DNA of 64,000 nt, taken from positions 13,298-77,297 of the forward strand of contig JAHLWZ010000847.1 in the NCBI GenBank assembly GCA_020536535.1, read 5' to 3'. This document shows positions 63,988 through 64,000 of the stretch, in pieces. The notes beneath the pieces are model-generated. The model did not search any database, had not been told where the DNA came from, and saw nothing but the letters and a program-made list of their open reading frames with translations. Numbering within the stretch: position 1 is the stretch's first letter; each line of letters starts with the position of its first letter. The position numbers and the translations under genes were made by a program. This DNA is from Pelomyxa schiedti (Eukaryota > Protista > Evosea).

Positions 63988-64000
63988 CAGTCAAATCGGA

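Overview
Gene-dense, intron-rich eukaryotic DNA, so the ORF track shows only exon fragments and antisense shadows. I rebuilt 18 spliced protein-coding genes by hand; introns are mostly about 35-90 nt with very loose GT donors. Entamoeba-type transmembrane kinases, a PTEN-LIM protein and GC-rich low-complexity first exons suggest an amoebozoan, probably an archamoeba such as Pelomyxa (inference, not verified). The centre of the window (25.6-54.5 kb) is a mirror-image pair of giant receptor kinases transcribed divergently from a 282-bp gap. Each has a PA14-like tip, 35 IPT/TIG repeats (mostly one exon each), a bacterial-Ig-like domain, a TM helix, a TMK-type juxtamembrane domain and an intact TKL kinase. 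By manual count both carry variant 'split' repeats at the same positions (6, 12, 18, 22, 26, 30, 35) despite strongly diverged sequence, recalling the head-to-head tgrB1/tgrC1 self-recognition pair of Dictyostelium. Other highlights: a U12-type AT-AC intron in RAE1, a 3xWW-Ras fusion, a GPI-type tandem Cache sensor protein, a PTEN whose catalytic loop needs a 9-nt micro-exon and a non-GT donor, an RNase Z-like enzyme lacking the tRNA-binding arm, a rearranged Ena/VASP protein and a perfect 72-bp palindrome at the window end. No rRNA, tRNA, CRISPR array or transposase was recognised. All gene models are manual and need RNA-seq/HMM confirmation.
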